A DNA stretch of 64,000 bases from a bacterium (GCA_021800535.1 JAJYYV010000001.1:84641-148640); one strand, 5' to 3'. Shown: positions 30,675 to 41,144, numbered from the stretch's first letter. Made by a program: numbers and translations. The notes: generated by a model from the letters alone, not told the origin.

Positions 30675-31841
30675 TTGTTGCATAAAATGCCCAGTCTACA
30701 AAATAAATTAAAGAAAGATCCAAAAATAATTTTTATTATTGTTATTTTTGTTTTTGTCTTTATTATTTTGTTGATATCTCACTTAACAGCAACTAAACAG
30801 CAAACACAAAATTCCAATCAAAATACAACAGGATTACTTGGTATATCAGGCATAACAGGTCAAATCTATAACAAAAAAATAGAGGCACAGGTAGGTAATG
30901 TTTCTAATAATATTCAAAATTTTCAGTCCCAATTAAATCTTCTTCAAAAACAAAATCAGGCATTAGAAGACCAGAATAAACTTCTAAATGGAGAAATTAC
31001 ACATCTTAATAGAACCGTAGACAAAAAAGTAGACAGAAAACTTGATGAGGCTATGGGTAAGATAGAAGCAAAAATATCAAACATTATTCCTTCTTCTCAA
31101 CAGGCGCCTGCACCACTTACACCACAACAGGAAAGATTACAGATTATTACTATTCCAAAGAAAAAAATAAAACAAACATCTTTTAATAACAAAGAGATTT
31201 ATTTACCAGCAGGGTCTTTTGTTCAAGGGACTTTGATAAGCGGAGTTTTTGCACCAGAAAATAAAACAACACCTCTGCCAGTGGTATTTTCTGTTAATCA
31301 GGCTTTTGATGGGCCTTCCGGGAGTAAGATACCTGTCAAGGGAATGCTTGGAATAGGAAAAGCACAGGCAGACATAAATTCACAAAGAGCAATCATTCAG
31401 GTTGTCAGACTTGCTTATGTATTTCCAGACGGACATGTATGGGAACAGAAAGTCAATGGCTGGGTATGTGGTTCAGATGATATTCTTGGAGTAAAAGGCA
31501 AACTTATTCAAAATACAGGCAAAGCATTAGCAGGTGCATTTCTATCAGGATTTTTATCAGGGACTTCACAGGCATTATCACAGGCAGAAACATCTACGCA
31601 GGAAACTACATCAGGCACTTATCAGACAAATGTTACAGGTAGCACTACAAAGTATGGTCTGTATTCAGGACTTGCCTCTGCGGCAGGAAATTTATCTAAC
31701 TATTATTCAGGCATGCTTAATCAAATAATAACGGCAATCAAAGTCAAAGCAGGAACACCAATAGAAATAATAATGGAAAAAGGAGTGACAATTGAGACTG
31801 GGAATAATTATAGCCCTTTTAGTAATGGCAATAATCAGTAG
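30675..31841 (+). CDS. VirB10/TraB/TrbI-like type IV secretion protein
   Basis: N-terminal TM helix, coiled coil, Pro-containing linker (QQAPAPLTPQQ), and a C-terminal domain with LPAGSFVQGTLISGVF...IPVKGMLGIG like the TrbI/VirB10 barrel; possible alternative start at 30687. Confidence 0.6.
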   Translation: MLHKMPSLQNKLKKDPKIIFIIVIFVFVFIILLISHLTATKQQTQNSNQNTTGLLGISGITGQIYNKKIEAQVGNVSNNIQNFQSQLNLLQKQNQALEDQNKLLNGEITHLNRTVDKKVDRKLDEAMGKIEAKISNIIPSSQQAPAPLTPQQERLQIITIPKKKIKQTSFNNKEIYLPAGSFVQGTLISGVFAPENKTTPLPVVFSVNQAFDGPSGSKIPVKGMLGIGKAQADINSQRAIIQVVRLAYVFPDGHVWEQKVNGWVCGSDDILGVKGKLIQNTGKALAGAFLSGFLSGTSQALSQAETSTQETTSGTYQTNVTGSTTKYGLYSGLASAAGNLSNYYSGMLNQIITAIKVKAGTPIEIIMEKGVTIETGNNYSPFSNGNNQ

Positions 31842-32193
31842 TGGTTGTGGAATGTCGCGCTCTATAAAAGAACATACCTCTATGGACAGGATTTATAGAA
31901 ACGCAGAAAAACAAGGAAACATTGATACAGCCACAGCAATAGCCCAGCAGTTAAAAATACACAGGGCTTTAGGATATGTCAAGCCGTATGTTCCTGTAAT
32001 CAATCCGCCTGTGGTGAAACGGGCTTGGATTGTCCCTCATGAAACAAAAGGTGGCGCATTGGTTGGCGGATACTGGGTATATGTCATAGTGAAAAAACCT
32101 TCCTGGTATATACATACACCAGAAGAAAATATGCCCTCAATCGTAATACCTTATGCAATAAAAAACACTAACAAGAAAAAGGAGAAGAAATAA
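31792..32193 (+). CDS. Small lipoprotein (VirB7/TraV-like by position)
   Basis: Lipobox AIISSGC; 133 aa; an alternative start at 31825 would reduce the overlap with the upstream gene. Confidence 0.5.
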   Translation: MRLGIIIALLVMAIISSGCGMSRSIKEHTSMDRIYRNAEKQGNIDTATAIAQQLKIHRALGYVKPYVPVINPPVVKRAWIVPHETKGGALVGGYWVYVIVKKPSWYIHTPEENMPSIVIPYAIKNTNKKKEKK

Positions 32194-32196
32194 AAA

Positions 32197-34605
32197 ATGA
32201 TAACAGAAAGCCAATGGAAGAAACTTTTTGATGAAGGAGAAAGCATAATAGATTATCTTCCTTATTATGCCTGGGAAGAAGAATTTTTTACTTTTGTAGA
32301 TGGAAGTATTGGCAAGGCTATGGTTATGCCTCAAATACCAGTGGAACTTAAAACAGACACAGAACTTGATGTTTTATCTTCACAGATAGAAGCCCTTATT
32401 ACAAGATTTAGACCAAATTTCACTTATCAGTTTATACTTCTTTCTACTGCTGACATTACAGATAAAATTGATAAGTATCAATCATACAAAGAAGCAGAAC
32501 CTTATGGCCAATCAAAGATTTTCTCACAGGGTAAGATAGACAACATTATAAAAGGGACAAAAGGATTTTTCAGGGAAGGGCCAACGACTTACTCTGTAAG
32601 GGACTTGCAATTAATTCTTACAATAAGATTTTTCCCGCCACACAGCAAAATGGATATTATTTCAACAGATTTTGTAAATGATGGACACAAACAGGAGCAA
32701 ATTCTTTTAGACCACTATAATGAATTATGTTCTGTCTTACAAAACCTTAATATAAAGTATCAGGAAATACAGGGAGAACAATTAGTAAGAATTTTAAGTC
32801 AGATGGTCGCGCCAAACAGACCACCACGAAATTACAATCCTACAAGACCTATCAGACAACAGGTTTTCCTTACTAATCCGTTAGTAGATGGAGAAGGTTT
32901 TCTTTTAGATGGAGTTAAAACAAACATTATCTCATTGGCAGAACTTCCTTTACAGACATTTACAGGAATGTTTTGTGTGGCAAGAGATAGAACCTCTATC
33001 ATTGACCTATCAAGCAACATAGCCATGGTGGTAAATATTGCATGTAATGACCAGACAGAAGAAGTAGGAAAAGTCAAACAAAAAGGGACTTTTGCTTTCA
33101 TACACAGGGCAAATATCCTTGGAGACAGGTCAGTAGAAGCAGACCTAATCAAACAGGATTCTGACATGGTTATAGAAAAAGTCTTTGGTCAGGGCAAAAA
33201 AATTCTTTCTGTTTCAGTGCATTTTATTATCTGGAAGGATAAAGATACAAACATTGAAAACGAAGTAATCAACACCCTTCATTTTCTTGGTTGTGAAGGA
33301 GTAAAAGAAAATCTAATAGGGGCAAGTCTGTTTTTAACTTGTCTTCCTTTTGGTTATGACTATAAATTTGAGAAGTTTTATCAGAGAAGCCATAAAGTCT
33401 TGTCTGATAATGTTAGTGATATAGTTCCTATATGGGGTTCAGCCACAGGTTCAAGCACACCAGCGACTATTTTCACAAACAGACAAGGCAGAATATTTTT
33501 CTTTGACCCATTTGATAGCAATAGTCCGCATTTCCTTGCCGTAGGAATAACAGGAGCAGGGAAAAGTGTGTTCTGTAATAATCTTATTATGGAAGGACTA
33601 CGGCTTGGTTCACATATTTTTGTTATAGACAGAGGCGGTTCTTACCAAAGAATATGTGAAGTCAATGGCGGGCAATACATAGAAATAGACCCGAATAATC
33701 CTACATGTATAAATCCATTTACTTCTTCTCTTAATCCAGAAAATCTTGCTTTTTTGGTTATGCTTATATCAGAGATGGCAAGCGGTGGTGAAGATTCTGA
33801 AAGATTAAGAAGAGAAGAAAGGTCTATAATCCAGGGCGCAATCCAAAACGCTTATTTAAAGGTGGAAGGAAGGCAGGTAACCTTGTCTGATGTGGTAGAG
33901 CAATTAAACAAAGATGAATTACTTGGGAAAAGAATAAGTTTAAAATTATTACCATTTTTAAAGAAGGGGCATTATGGCGGATTTTTTGATGGTGAAAATC
34001 AACTGGATATAAAAAACAATTTTGTGGTATTTGAGTTAGGAGCACTTGGCGGTTGGAAGGATTTACAAACGGTTCTTTTACTTGCGATTATGTATTTGCT
34101 TACAGGAAAGGTCGCAGGTATGAAAGATGTAAGGAAATACCTCTTGATAGATGAGGCGTGGACGCTTTTAAATACAGAAAACACAGCACAATTTATTGAA
34201 AATGCTTTTAGGACATTTAGAAAATATAGATGTTCTGTTGGAGCAATCTCACAGCAGATACAGGACTTTTTTAATACAAAAGCAGGTAATTCCATTATGG
34301 CAAATGCAGTTAATAGAATTTATCTTGCACAAAACCCGGAAGTGGTTGAGAGTATGAAAGAGCAACTTGGATTAAACAGCATACAGGTAAAAGTCTTAAA
34401 GAGTATAAAAACAATCAAAGGCAGGTATTCAGAAGCACTAATCAAGACAGATGAAACTTCTGGTGTAGTGCGACTAATACTTGACCCTGCCAGTTATTGG
34501 TTATTTACCACAGACCCAAAGGATATTTCAAAACTTAATGAGGCAATAAGACAAACTGGTAATATAGAAAAAGCAATAGAAACACTTACAAGGAGACAAA
34601 CATGA
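32197..34605 (+). CDS. VirB4/TraC/TrbE-family type IV secretion ATPase
   Basis: Walker A GITGAGKSVF; Walker B LLIDEAWTLL (DEAW box); 802 aa; N-terminal region typical of the CagE/TrbE/VirB4 family. Confidence 0.7.
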   Translation: MITESQWKKLFDEGESIIDYLPYYAWEEEFFTFVDGSIGKAMVMPQIPVELKTDTELDVLSSQIEALITRFRPNFTYQFILLSTADITDKIDKYQSYKEAEPYGQSKIFSQGKIDNIIKGTKGFFREGPTTYSVRDLQLILTIRFFPPHSKMDIISTDFVNDGHKQEQILLDHYNELCSVLQNLNIKYQEIQGEQLVRILSQMVAPNRPPRNYNPTRPIRQQVFLTNPLVDGEGFLLDGVKTNIISLAELPLQTFTGMFCVARDRTSIIDLSSNIAMVVNIACNDQTEEVGKVKQKGTFAFIHRANILGDRSVEADLIKQDSDMVIEKVFGQGKKILSVSVHFIIWKDKDTNIENEVINTLHFLGCEGVKENLIGASLFLTCLPFGYDYKFEKFYQRSHKVLSDNVSDIVPIWGSATGSSTPATIFTNRQGRIFFFDPFDSNSPHFLAVGITGAGKSVFCNNLIMEGLRLGSHIFVIDRGGSYQRICEVNGGQYIEIDPNNPTCINPFTSSLNPENLAFLVMLISEMASGGEDSERLRREERSIIQGAIQNAYLKVEGRQVTLSDVVEQLNKDELLGKRISLKLLPFLKKGHYGGFFDGENQLDIKNNFVVFELGALGGWKDLQTVLLLAIMYLLTGKVAGMKDVRKYLLIDEAWTLLNTENTAQFIENAFRTFRKYRCSVGAISQQIQDFFNTKAGNSIMANAVNRIYLAQNPEVVESMKEQLGLNSIQVKVLKSIKTIKGRYSEALIKTDETSGVVRLILDPASYWLFTTDPKDISKLNEAIRQTGNIEKAIETLTRRQT

Positions 34606-35024
34606 AAAAGATAGTTTTAATTGTTTTTCTAACATTAGGAATTTCTTTATGTTATGCAGGCACATACGCAAACACAAATATTTCTTCTAATACAAACACA
34701 GACACGCAAAACCAACACAAGCAGTCAGGAGTTGTAAGGTTTTTTCAGGATTGGTTTTCTCCTATGAGTAGAAAAGAAAAGAAGGCTTATGAGAAAGGAT
34801 ATAAAGCAGGTGTCAGAGAGCAGTTAAAGAAATTCAAAGAAAATTTTGTAGATAATCAGGTTCCTTACTATTACTGGCAGACGCCTATTGTCCAGAAAGT
34901 AAAAGTCCCGGGCCAGATTGTTAATGGTCTTTTTATACCCAGCCATTATGAGTATGTCATTATTATCCCGGGAAAATGGCAAAAAGAATATGGCTATCCA
35001 ATAGCCAAAGGAGATAACCAATGA
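34602..35024 (+). CDS. Small secreted protein of unknown function
   Basis: N-terminal signal peptide; 140 aa; translationally coupled on both sides. Confidence 0.45.
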   Translation: MKKIVLIVFLTLGISLCYAGTYANTNISSNTNTDTQNQHKQSGVVRFFQDWFSPMSRKEKKAYEKGYKAGVREQLKKFKENFVDNQVPYYYWQTPIVQKVKVPGQIVNGLFIPSHYEYVIIIPGKWQKEYGYPIAKGDNQ

Positions 35025-36646
35025 GAAAAATCATTATATCTTTAATACTTGTTTTCTTCACAGGAGCATTCTTGCATGCGCAGGAATTAAGCAATAGCAA
35101 AAAACAGGAAATAGTCAGTCAGGAGTGGAAGGAATTGATGGGACAATACCAACAGGTAGTCAATGAGAAAAAGATACCTTATTCTATTAAAAATGAGGTT
35201 TATAGACAAACAGGACAGGTCATTACAGGGAAGAAATACACTCCAAAGCCATTTTATAGAATAAAAAAGGTGGTATTGCCAGAGCCAGCATATTTAAAAA
35301 ATATCATTTATATGAATATCGGTTCAGCACCTTTACGGATTGTATTATCAGAATTGGCTACACAAATAGGAGTACCTATAATTACAGAAAACGGGGTTAA
35401 GCCAGATATAGAAATACAAGGCAATTTTAATGGCCAGAGTGCAAAAGATGTTTTGGACAATCTATGTAATCTTTTGGATTACTCCTGGGACGCAAGGAAA
35501 GGGAAGATTTATATTAGTCAATATGGTTCAGAAATGTTTGAGTTGTCTATTCCATATATGTCCACACAATTTTCCAATCAGATTTATTTATCTGCAAATG
35601 GGGTAAATGGCGGGAGTAATAATTATGAAAATGGTATGAATAACAATACCACTTCAACAAATACCATGACCACTAATAATAATTATAACAATTCTTCAAG
35701 TTCAAATGGTAATTCAGGACCAAATTCTTATGTTAATATTTATGCTAACAATGTTAATCTATACAAAGAAATAAAAAGCAATCTTAAAAGCCTTATCAGT
35801 AAAAAAGGTAAATATGCTATAAACAAAGACGCAGGGACAATTTTTGTTTATGATAAAGTCAGAAATCTTAAAAGAATTTCAAAGTATTTTAAAAAATTAA
35901 ATGAAGTTCTTTCAGAAGAAATACTTGTAAAAGCAAAGGTTGTAGAGGTAACGCTTAACAATCAATTCCAGGGTGGTGTAAATTGGAATTTACTTACCTC
36001 TGGTTCAAGTTTCCAGACAAATTTCAATGTTGTTTCTTCTGGTCCTGTTTTACTATTTAAGAGTAGACAAGCCTCAACAACAGGGACAACGACAAATGGC
36101 ATGGAAGAAATAATTAATCTTTTAAGTACACAGGGAAAAACCTCTATTCTTTCAGAGCCTCAAATAACGGTTCTTAATGACCAGCCAGCAATAATTCAGA
36201 TGGCAGATATTGAATCATATATAGCGCAATCAAGTCAGTATATAACTCAAACAGGAAGTCAGGTATCTGTAACCCCGGGAGAAGTAATGAATGGTGTAAA
36301 TATGACTATAATTCCTAAAATATCAAAACAGGGAATTTTCTTAAATGTAATGCCTTCTGTTACCATGGTAAATCAGATACAAACTATAAATACCGGTAAT
36401 GGCACAGAAATACAATTACCGCAGGTTGCTTCCCGGGCATTAAACACCTCTATAAGGATAAAAAATGGAGATATTATAGCCATAGGCGGGCTTATATACA
36501 ATCAAAAACAAAAACAAAATCAGGGAATACCTGTTTTATCAGATATACCTCTTATAGGGTGGCTATTTAGACAGCAAAACAATCAGGTAACCAAAGATGA
36601 ATTAATAATCTTCTTAACCGCAAGGAGAATAAAGTGGAGTTCATAA
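35021..36646 (+). CDS. Secretin (T2SS/T4P-type outer membrane channel family)
   Basis: Signal peptide; N/S/T-rich low-complexity linker; C-terminal secretin signature GDIIAIGGLIYNQ...GIPVLSDIPLIGWLFRQQNNQVTKDELIIFLTARRI. Confidence 0.75.
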   Translation: MRKIIISLILVFFTGAFLHAQELSNSKKQEIVSQEWKELMGQYQQVVNEKKIPYSIKNEVYRQTGQVITGKKYTPKPFYRIKKVVLPEPAYLKNIIYMNIGSAPLRIVLSELATQIGVPIITENGVKPDIEIQGNFNGQSAKDVLDNLCNLLDYSWDARKGKIYISQYGSEMFELSIPYMSTQFSNQIYLSANGVNGGSNNYENGMNNNTTSTNTMTTNNNYNNSSSSNGNSGPNSYVNIYANNVNLYKEIKSNLKSLISKKGKYAINKDAGTIFVYDKVRNLKRISKYFKKLNEVLSEEILVKAKVVEVTLNNQFQGGVNWNLLTSGSSFQTNFNVVSSGPVLLFKSRQASTTGTTTNGMEEIINLLSTQGKTSILSEPQITVLNDQPAIIQMADIESYIAQSSQYITQTGSQVSVTPGEVMNGVNMTIIPKISKQGIFLNVMPSVTMVNQIQTINTGNGTEIQLPQVASRALNTSIRIKNGDIIAIGGLIYNQKQKQNQGIPVLSDIPLIGWLFRQQNNQVTKDELIIFLTARRIKWSS

Positions 36647-37650
36647 GACAAAAAAATACATTTTATATTTTCTCTGAAGTGAGAATACAAAAAGAAACAG
36701 AGAAACAGAATTTAGAAAAAATACAGGACCCAAATAATTTCTTTTGTTATGAAGAAATAGGTGAAAGCACATATCAGATTTTTCTTTTACCGGTATCAAT
36801 TATAGAAAAAATCAACCATCAGGTAGAACCTGGTAAGGCAATAATTATTCCGTATCAGGTGGCTATAAGACATTTGATTGGAACAAGCCAGCCTATTTTA
36901 TTTTTGCATGTTATAGACTCAACGCTTTTAATTACAGGAATAGGCATACACGGTAATCAGGTGTCTTTAACCACACAGATAGACCTTTCTCAACCAAACC
37001 TATCAAACCTTAAAGATATTGTTAATATTACTATTACTGATTTAAAAACAATTTTTAGAGTAGATAATTTTGTAGTTGCTATAAATAGTCCGGATATAGC
37101 AGAACAATTAAAAGACATAGAAGTCCAAGTAATAAGATGTCCTCATAACTTACCAACAGGAAATCTTCCAAGATTTATTTTGCCCCAGCATATAGAATTT
37201 CAAAAAGCACAGGAGGAAAAAAAGCAAATAAAAATAGCAGGCGGGGCAGTTGTAATTTTAATGTTGTTGGCAGGGGCATATTTTTACCAGACCAGACAAC
37301 AAGTCAATCAATTATATCAGCAAAGAAATCTATTACAAAAGCAAGTGCAGATAGAGCAGATAGCCTTTATGAACGCGCAACAACAGGATATAGCAAAATA
37401 TTTTACTTCTACAGAGAAAAACAAAGTAATCTCTATCATTTCCCGCTTATCTCTATTACCAGCAGGATATACTTTCAAGAATTTAGTAATAAAACAAATA
37501 CCAAATGGTAATTATCAGGCAGATATTTTTATATCTGTAATAGCACCTGGAATGTCCGCACGGCCCCTGAAAAGTGTATTTCCTGATGGAGTTATTACCC
37601 CTCTTTTCAAGAGCAACGGGCAGGAGTATAGAATTCACTATTCGTTATGA
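36634..37650 (+). CDS. Bitopic inner-membrane protein with GspL/PilM-PilN-like topology
   Basis: About 200 aa cytoplasmic region, one TM (IAGGAVVILMLLAGAYFY), then a periplasmic coiled coil (QVNQLYQQRNLLQKQVQIEQ); assignment is by architecture only. Confidence 0.4.
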   Translation: MEFIRQKNTFYIFSEVRIQKETEKQNLEKIQDPNNFFCYEEIGESTYQIFLLPVSIIEKINHQVEPGKAIIIPYQVAIRHLIGTSQPILFLHVIDSTLLITGIGIHGNQVSLTTQIDLSQPNLSNLKDIVNITITDLKTIFRVDNFVVAINSPDIAEQLKDIEVQVIRCPHNLPTGNLPRFILPQHIEFQKAQEEKKQIKIAGGAVVILMLLAGAYFYQTRQQVNQLYQQRNLLQKQVQIEQIAFMNAQQQDIAKYFTSTEKNKVISIISRLSLLPAGYTFKNLVIKQIPNGNYQADIFISVIAPGMSARPLKSVFPDGVITPLFKSNGQEYRIHYSL

Positions 37651-37651
37651 T

Positions 37652-38323
37652 ATGAATATAAAAATTGGAAAACTGTATAAAATCGGCTCAGATTTTGATG
37701 GTATACTTGGAAATGTTCCTGTAACACTCAAAAAATATAAGGATAGCTTTGTTATATTATTGAATATTTCAAAAATAAAAGATATCACTAAAAAACAATT
37801 TATTTCTTATCCTCTGTTTTATTTTGTTTCGTCAGTATTTATATATGAAGGAAAAGCCCGAATAGATATTTTAGATATAAAAATAAATGGTAATCTTAAA
37901 AAGATTCCGTTTTTTATAGAAAAACTTTGTCAAATCTACATGGATAATCCTGTTCTTTCAACAATAGATGTAATTATACCCTGTCCACATTCCTCTGATA
38001 ATAAAATTGAACTAACAAAAATGTTATGTGTTGGATTAAGCAAAAACATAAACAAACCTGTTCTATTAAATATTTTGCAAAGAGTAAGAAATTTGGAAAA
38101 ACCTCAAGTGTATTTATCCCCAAAAGAAAGACTTGAAAATGTAAAAGGGGCTTTTACCATAGATAAAAAAGAACAGGTAAGAAATAAAATATGTTTACTG
38201 ATAGATGACATAATAACAACAGGGGCGACTGCAAATGAATGTAGTAATCTTTTATTATCCGCCGGAACTAAAAAAATATATCTTATTACAATTGCAAAAC
38301 CTTTAAACTCTGTGTTTATCTAA
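37652..38323 (+). CDS. comFC: ComFC-like competence phosphoribosyltransferase; start moved from 37574 to 37652
   Basis: DVIIPCPHSSDNK and CLLIDDIITTGATANE (PRTase fold, ComF family); the ATG at 37652 follows the upstream stop, and the longer ORF overlaps the previous gene. Confidence 0.7.
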   Translation: MNIKIGKLYKIGSDFDGILGNVPVTLKKYKDSFVILLNISKIKDITKKQFISYPLFYFVSSVFIYEGKARIDILDIKINGNLKKIPFFIEKLCQIYMDNPVLSTIDVIIPCPHSSDNKIELTKMLCVGLSKNINKPVLLNILQRVRNLEKPQVYLSPKERLENVKGAFTIDKKEQVRNKICLLIDDIITTGATANECSNLLLSAGTKKIYLITIAKPLNSVFI

Positions 38324-38624
38324 AAAATTTTATATCCAACAAAGAATATTCTGTTCTTTTTTCTATTGTTTTTTTTATATCCGGTTTTCTTTTTTTTAGT
38401 TCCATTAACCATACAGAACTTTTTACTTTAATTAATAAATTTTTATTTTTAACTCCAAGGACTTCAGTAAAAATAGATTCTTCGGGAAATAATTCTATCC
38501 ATATTTTTTCCCAATCTATAATAGGATTTTTTCTTATATCCTCTTTTTCTATTTTATTACTTATTCTATTTAATACTCTTTTTACAATTTCAGATATCTT
38601 TTCTATATCATTATTATTTTCCAT
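38316..38624 (-). CDS. DUF721-like small protein found in dnaN/recF/gyrB neighbourhoods
   Basis: NLLIKVKSSVWLMELK resembles the DUF721 core; sits directly downstream of dnaN. Confidence 0.45.
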   Translation of the reverse strand: MENNNDIEKISEIVKRVLNRISNKIEKEDIRKNPIIDWEKIWIELFPEESIFTEVLGVKNKNLLIKVKSSVWLMELKKRKPDIKKTIEKRTEYSLLDIKFFR

Positions 38625-38630
38625 TAATAT

Positions 38631-39728
38631 TTATGGTTTTATAGGCATAACAATATATATATAATTAGGATTCCCTTCTGGAATTATCTGCGCCGGTTTA
38701 ATTGATTCGGTAAAAGATAAAATTACATTTTCCTCTTCTACTGTTTTTAAAAAATCTATTATATATATAGGATTAAAAATGATAGTACTATCCGGGCCGG
38801 AATATTCTATCTTTAACTGTTCTTCCCCCAAACCCACTTCAGGGCTTTCCAATTTAAGAACAAGGCTGTTTTTTTTTAAATTCAGATGTAAAGAATTAAA
38901 CTCTCTACTGGTTAAAAGATTTATTCGGGAAAGAGAAGAAAAAAACTCCTTTGTATTTATTTTTGCTGAATACAGTTTTCCTGAAGGGAGAACACTGGTA
39001 TAATTAGGAAAATCTCCTTCTAACAATTGAGATGTTAAAAAAAGCTTGTCAGTATTAAAACTTATCTGATTTTTAGAAACAGATATATTAATATTTTCTT
39101 CTTTTATAATAGATGAGAAAACTTCCAGCAATTTATAAGGAAGTAAAATATTTAAAGATTTATCCGTAATAATTTCTTTTTTCACCAACCCCATTCTTCT
39201 TGTATCTGTTCCGACCATTGTTAAAAATTTAGTATCAGAATTAAATAAGGCTCCTCTGAAGTAAATACGAACTTCCTGGGAATTTATACAATAATATGTT
39301 TTTTTTATCATATCAATAAAGTCTTTGGATGATAAATTAAAAGAGTTTCCTTCTGAAAAAATATCTTTTTCCGGTAATTTAGGAAAATCTTCTGAAGACA
39401 TTGTAAGAAGTTTATATTGAAAATTTTTATTTTCAATTATTAAATAATTATCTTTTGTAAATATTTTTATAGAATCTTCAGGAAGTTCTTTAATTAAAGA
39501 AATAAAATTTTTACCAGGAATAAGAATATTATTTCCTTTATCTTTAACTGAACATTCTAAAAATATTTTTAAAGTTAATTGTAAATCTGTAGTTATAAAA
39601 GATATACCATCTTTTTTTGGTTCCAATAAAATACAACCTAAACTAACAATAGGTGGTTTTACAGGAAGAACTTTACTTAATTTTTCAATAATTTCAGATA
39701 ATTCTTTTTTTTCTAATATTATTTCCAT
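38631..39728 (-). CDS. dnaN: DNA polymerase III beta sliding clamp
   Basis: 365 aa, three-domain clamp composition, directly downstream of dnaA. Confidence 0.85.
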   Translation of the reverse strand: MEIILEKKELSEIIEKLSKVLPVKPPIVSLGCILLEPKKDGISFITTDLQLTLKIFLECSVKDKGNNILIPGKNFISLIKELPEDSIKIFTKDNYLIIENKNFQYKLLTMSSEDFPKLPEKDIFSEGNSFNLSSKDFIDMIKKTYYCINSQEVRIYFRGALFNSDTKFLTMVGTDTRRMGLVKKEIITDKSLNILLPYKLLEVFSSIIKEENINISVSKNQISFNTDKLFLTSQLLEGDFPNYTSVLPSGKLYSAKINTKEFFSSLSRINLLTSREFNSLHLNLKKNSLVLKLESPEVGLGEEQLKIEYSGPDSTIIFNPIYIIDFLKTVEEENVILSFTESIKPAQIIPEGNPNYIYIVMPIKP

Positions 39729-39845
39729 ATATACTCCTTTTTAAAAAATTAATAAACTTAGGTTATTATTAGTCGTTCTTTGTATAAGTTGTAAATTGTT
39801 TATAATAATATACTTACATTGTGAATAACCTGTTAAAAACCACTA

Positions 39846-41132
39846 TTATAAGCTGTTTATTATTTTTTCTACAGATGTTTTTAAGTAAGAATCCTGTTCT
39901 AATTGTTTTTTTAATTTATTATAGGCATACAGAATAGTTGTATGGTCTTTTCCTCCAAATTCTTCAGCTATGAAAGTAAGTGAAGTATTTGTTTTTTCTC
40001 TGGATATATACATTGCTATTTGTCTTGGTATAACAATATTTTTTAATCTTCTGGAACTTTTTAAATCATGTATGCTTATATTAAAATATTGAGCAACTTT
40101 TTCTTGTATTTTTTCTATAGTTATTATTTTATTTTGAGATGATAAAATTTCTTTTAGGTATTCTTTAACTATATTTATATCAAGCTTTTTATTTAAAAGA
40201 GTTGATATTGCAATAAGTTTATTTAGTGCGCCTTCAAGAAGTCTGATATTATCTTTAATATTTTCCGCAATATAAAAAATAACATTATCATCTAAAGAAA
40301 TATGTTTTAATTCACATTTTTTTCTTAGTATTGCAACTCTTGTTTCAAATTCCGGGGGTTGAAGGTCCACCACAAGACCCCATTCAAAACGGGAAACAAG
40401 CCTTTTTTCCAGAGAAAATAATTCTTTTGGTGGTCTATCACTTGTAAGAACTATTTGTTTTTTCTGGCCGTAAAGAGAATTAAAAGTATTAAAAAACTCT
40501 TCCTGGGTTCCTTCTTTTCCTGCTATAAAATGTATATCATCTATCAGAAGAATATCCAGAGAGCGGAAATTGTTTCTAAATGTAGTCATGGTTTTTGTTT
40601 GTATGGATTGTATAAAAAGATTGACAAAAATTTCACAGGGAATATAAGCTACTTTACAATTATTGGTTTTTATTGCCAGGGAACCTATTGCCTGAATAAG
40701 ATGGGTTTTACCTAATCCTACTCCGCCATATACAAAAAAAGGATTGTATGCTATTCCTGGTGATTGTGCAATTGCAATACCGGCAGCATGAGCCAATTGA
40801 TTACATTGACCCCTTACAAAAGTATCAAAAGTATTTGCCGGGTTAAGTTTTTCCCCAAAATAAAAAGATTTGGTATTATTTTTACTTTCCGGATATATCC
40901 ATTTTATTTCCAATGGTGTTCCTATTGTTTTAAAAATAGCCATTTTAAGATTTTCTATAAATATACTTATTCCTTTATAAAACAAGGGATTTGGTATTTC
41001 CAAATAAATAAAATTATCTTCAATTTTAACAGGTTTAATAGGTTTTATCCATGTATCAAAAGTTCTATCATTTTGTATAGAATCTTTTAAATTTGTTAAC
41101 ACTAAATCCCAACTTTTCCACAAGTTATCCAC
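39846..41132 (-). CDS. dnaA: Chromosomal replication initiator DnaA (probable GTG start)
   Basis: AAA+ Walker A GVGLGKTHL; C-terminal DnaA-box binding domain; the start codon read from the reverse complement is GTG. Confidence 0.9.
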   Translation of the reverse strand: MDNLWKSWDLVLTNLKDSIQNDRTFDTWIKPIKPVKIEDNFIYLEIPNPLFYKGISIFIENLKMAIFKTIGTPLEIKWIYPESKNNTKSFYFGEKLNPANTFDTFVRGQCNQLAHAAGIAIAQSPGIAYNPFFVYGGVGLGKTHLIQAIGSLAIKTNNCKVAYIPCEIFVNLFIQSIQTKTMTTFRNNFRSLDILLIDDIHFIAGKEGTQEEFFNTFNSLYGQKKQIVLTSDRPPKELFSLEKRLVSRFEWGLVVDLQPPEFETRVAILRKKCELKHISLDDNVIFYIAENIKDNIRLLEGALNKLIAISTLLNKKLDINIVKEYLKEILSSQNKIITIEKIQEKVAQYFNISIHDLKSSRRLKNIVIPRQIAMYISREKTNTSLTFIAEEFGGKDHTTILYAYNKLKKQLEQDSYLKTSVEKIINSL

Positions 41133-41144
41133 AAGTCCTCCACA
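41115..41144. promoter_or_regulatory. Three tandem DnaA boxes (TTTTCCACA, TTATCCACA, TCCTCCACA) over the dnaA start
   Basis: Perfect TTATCCACA at 41125-41133, flanked by one-mismatch copies at 41115-41123 and 41136-41144. Confidence 0.6.
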
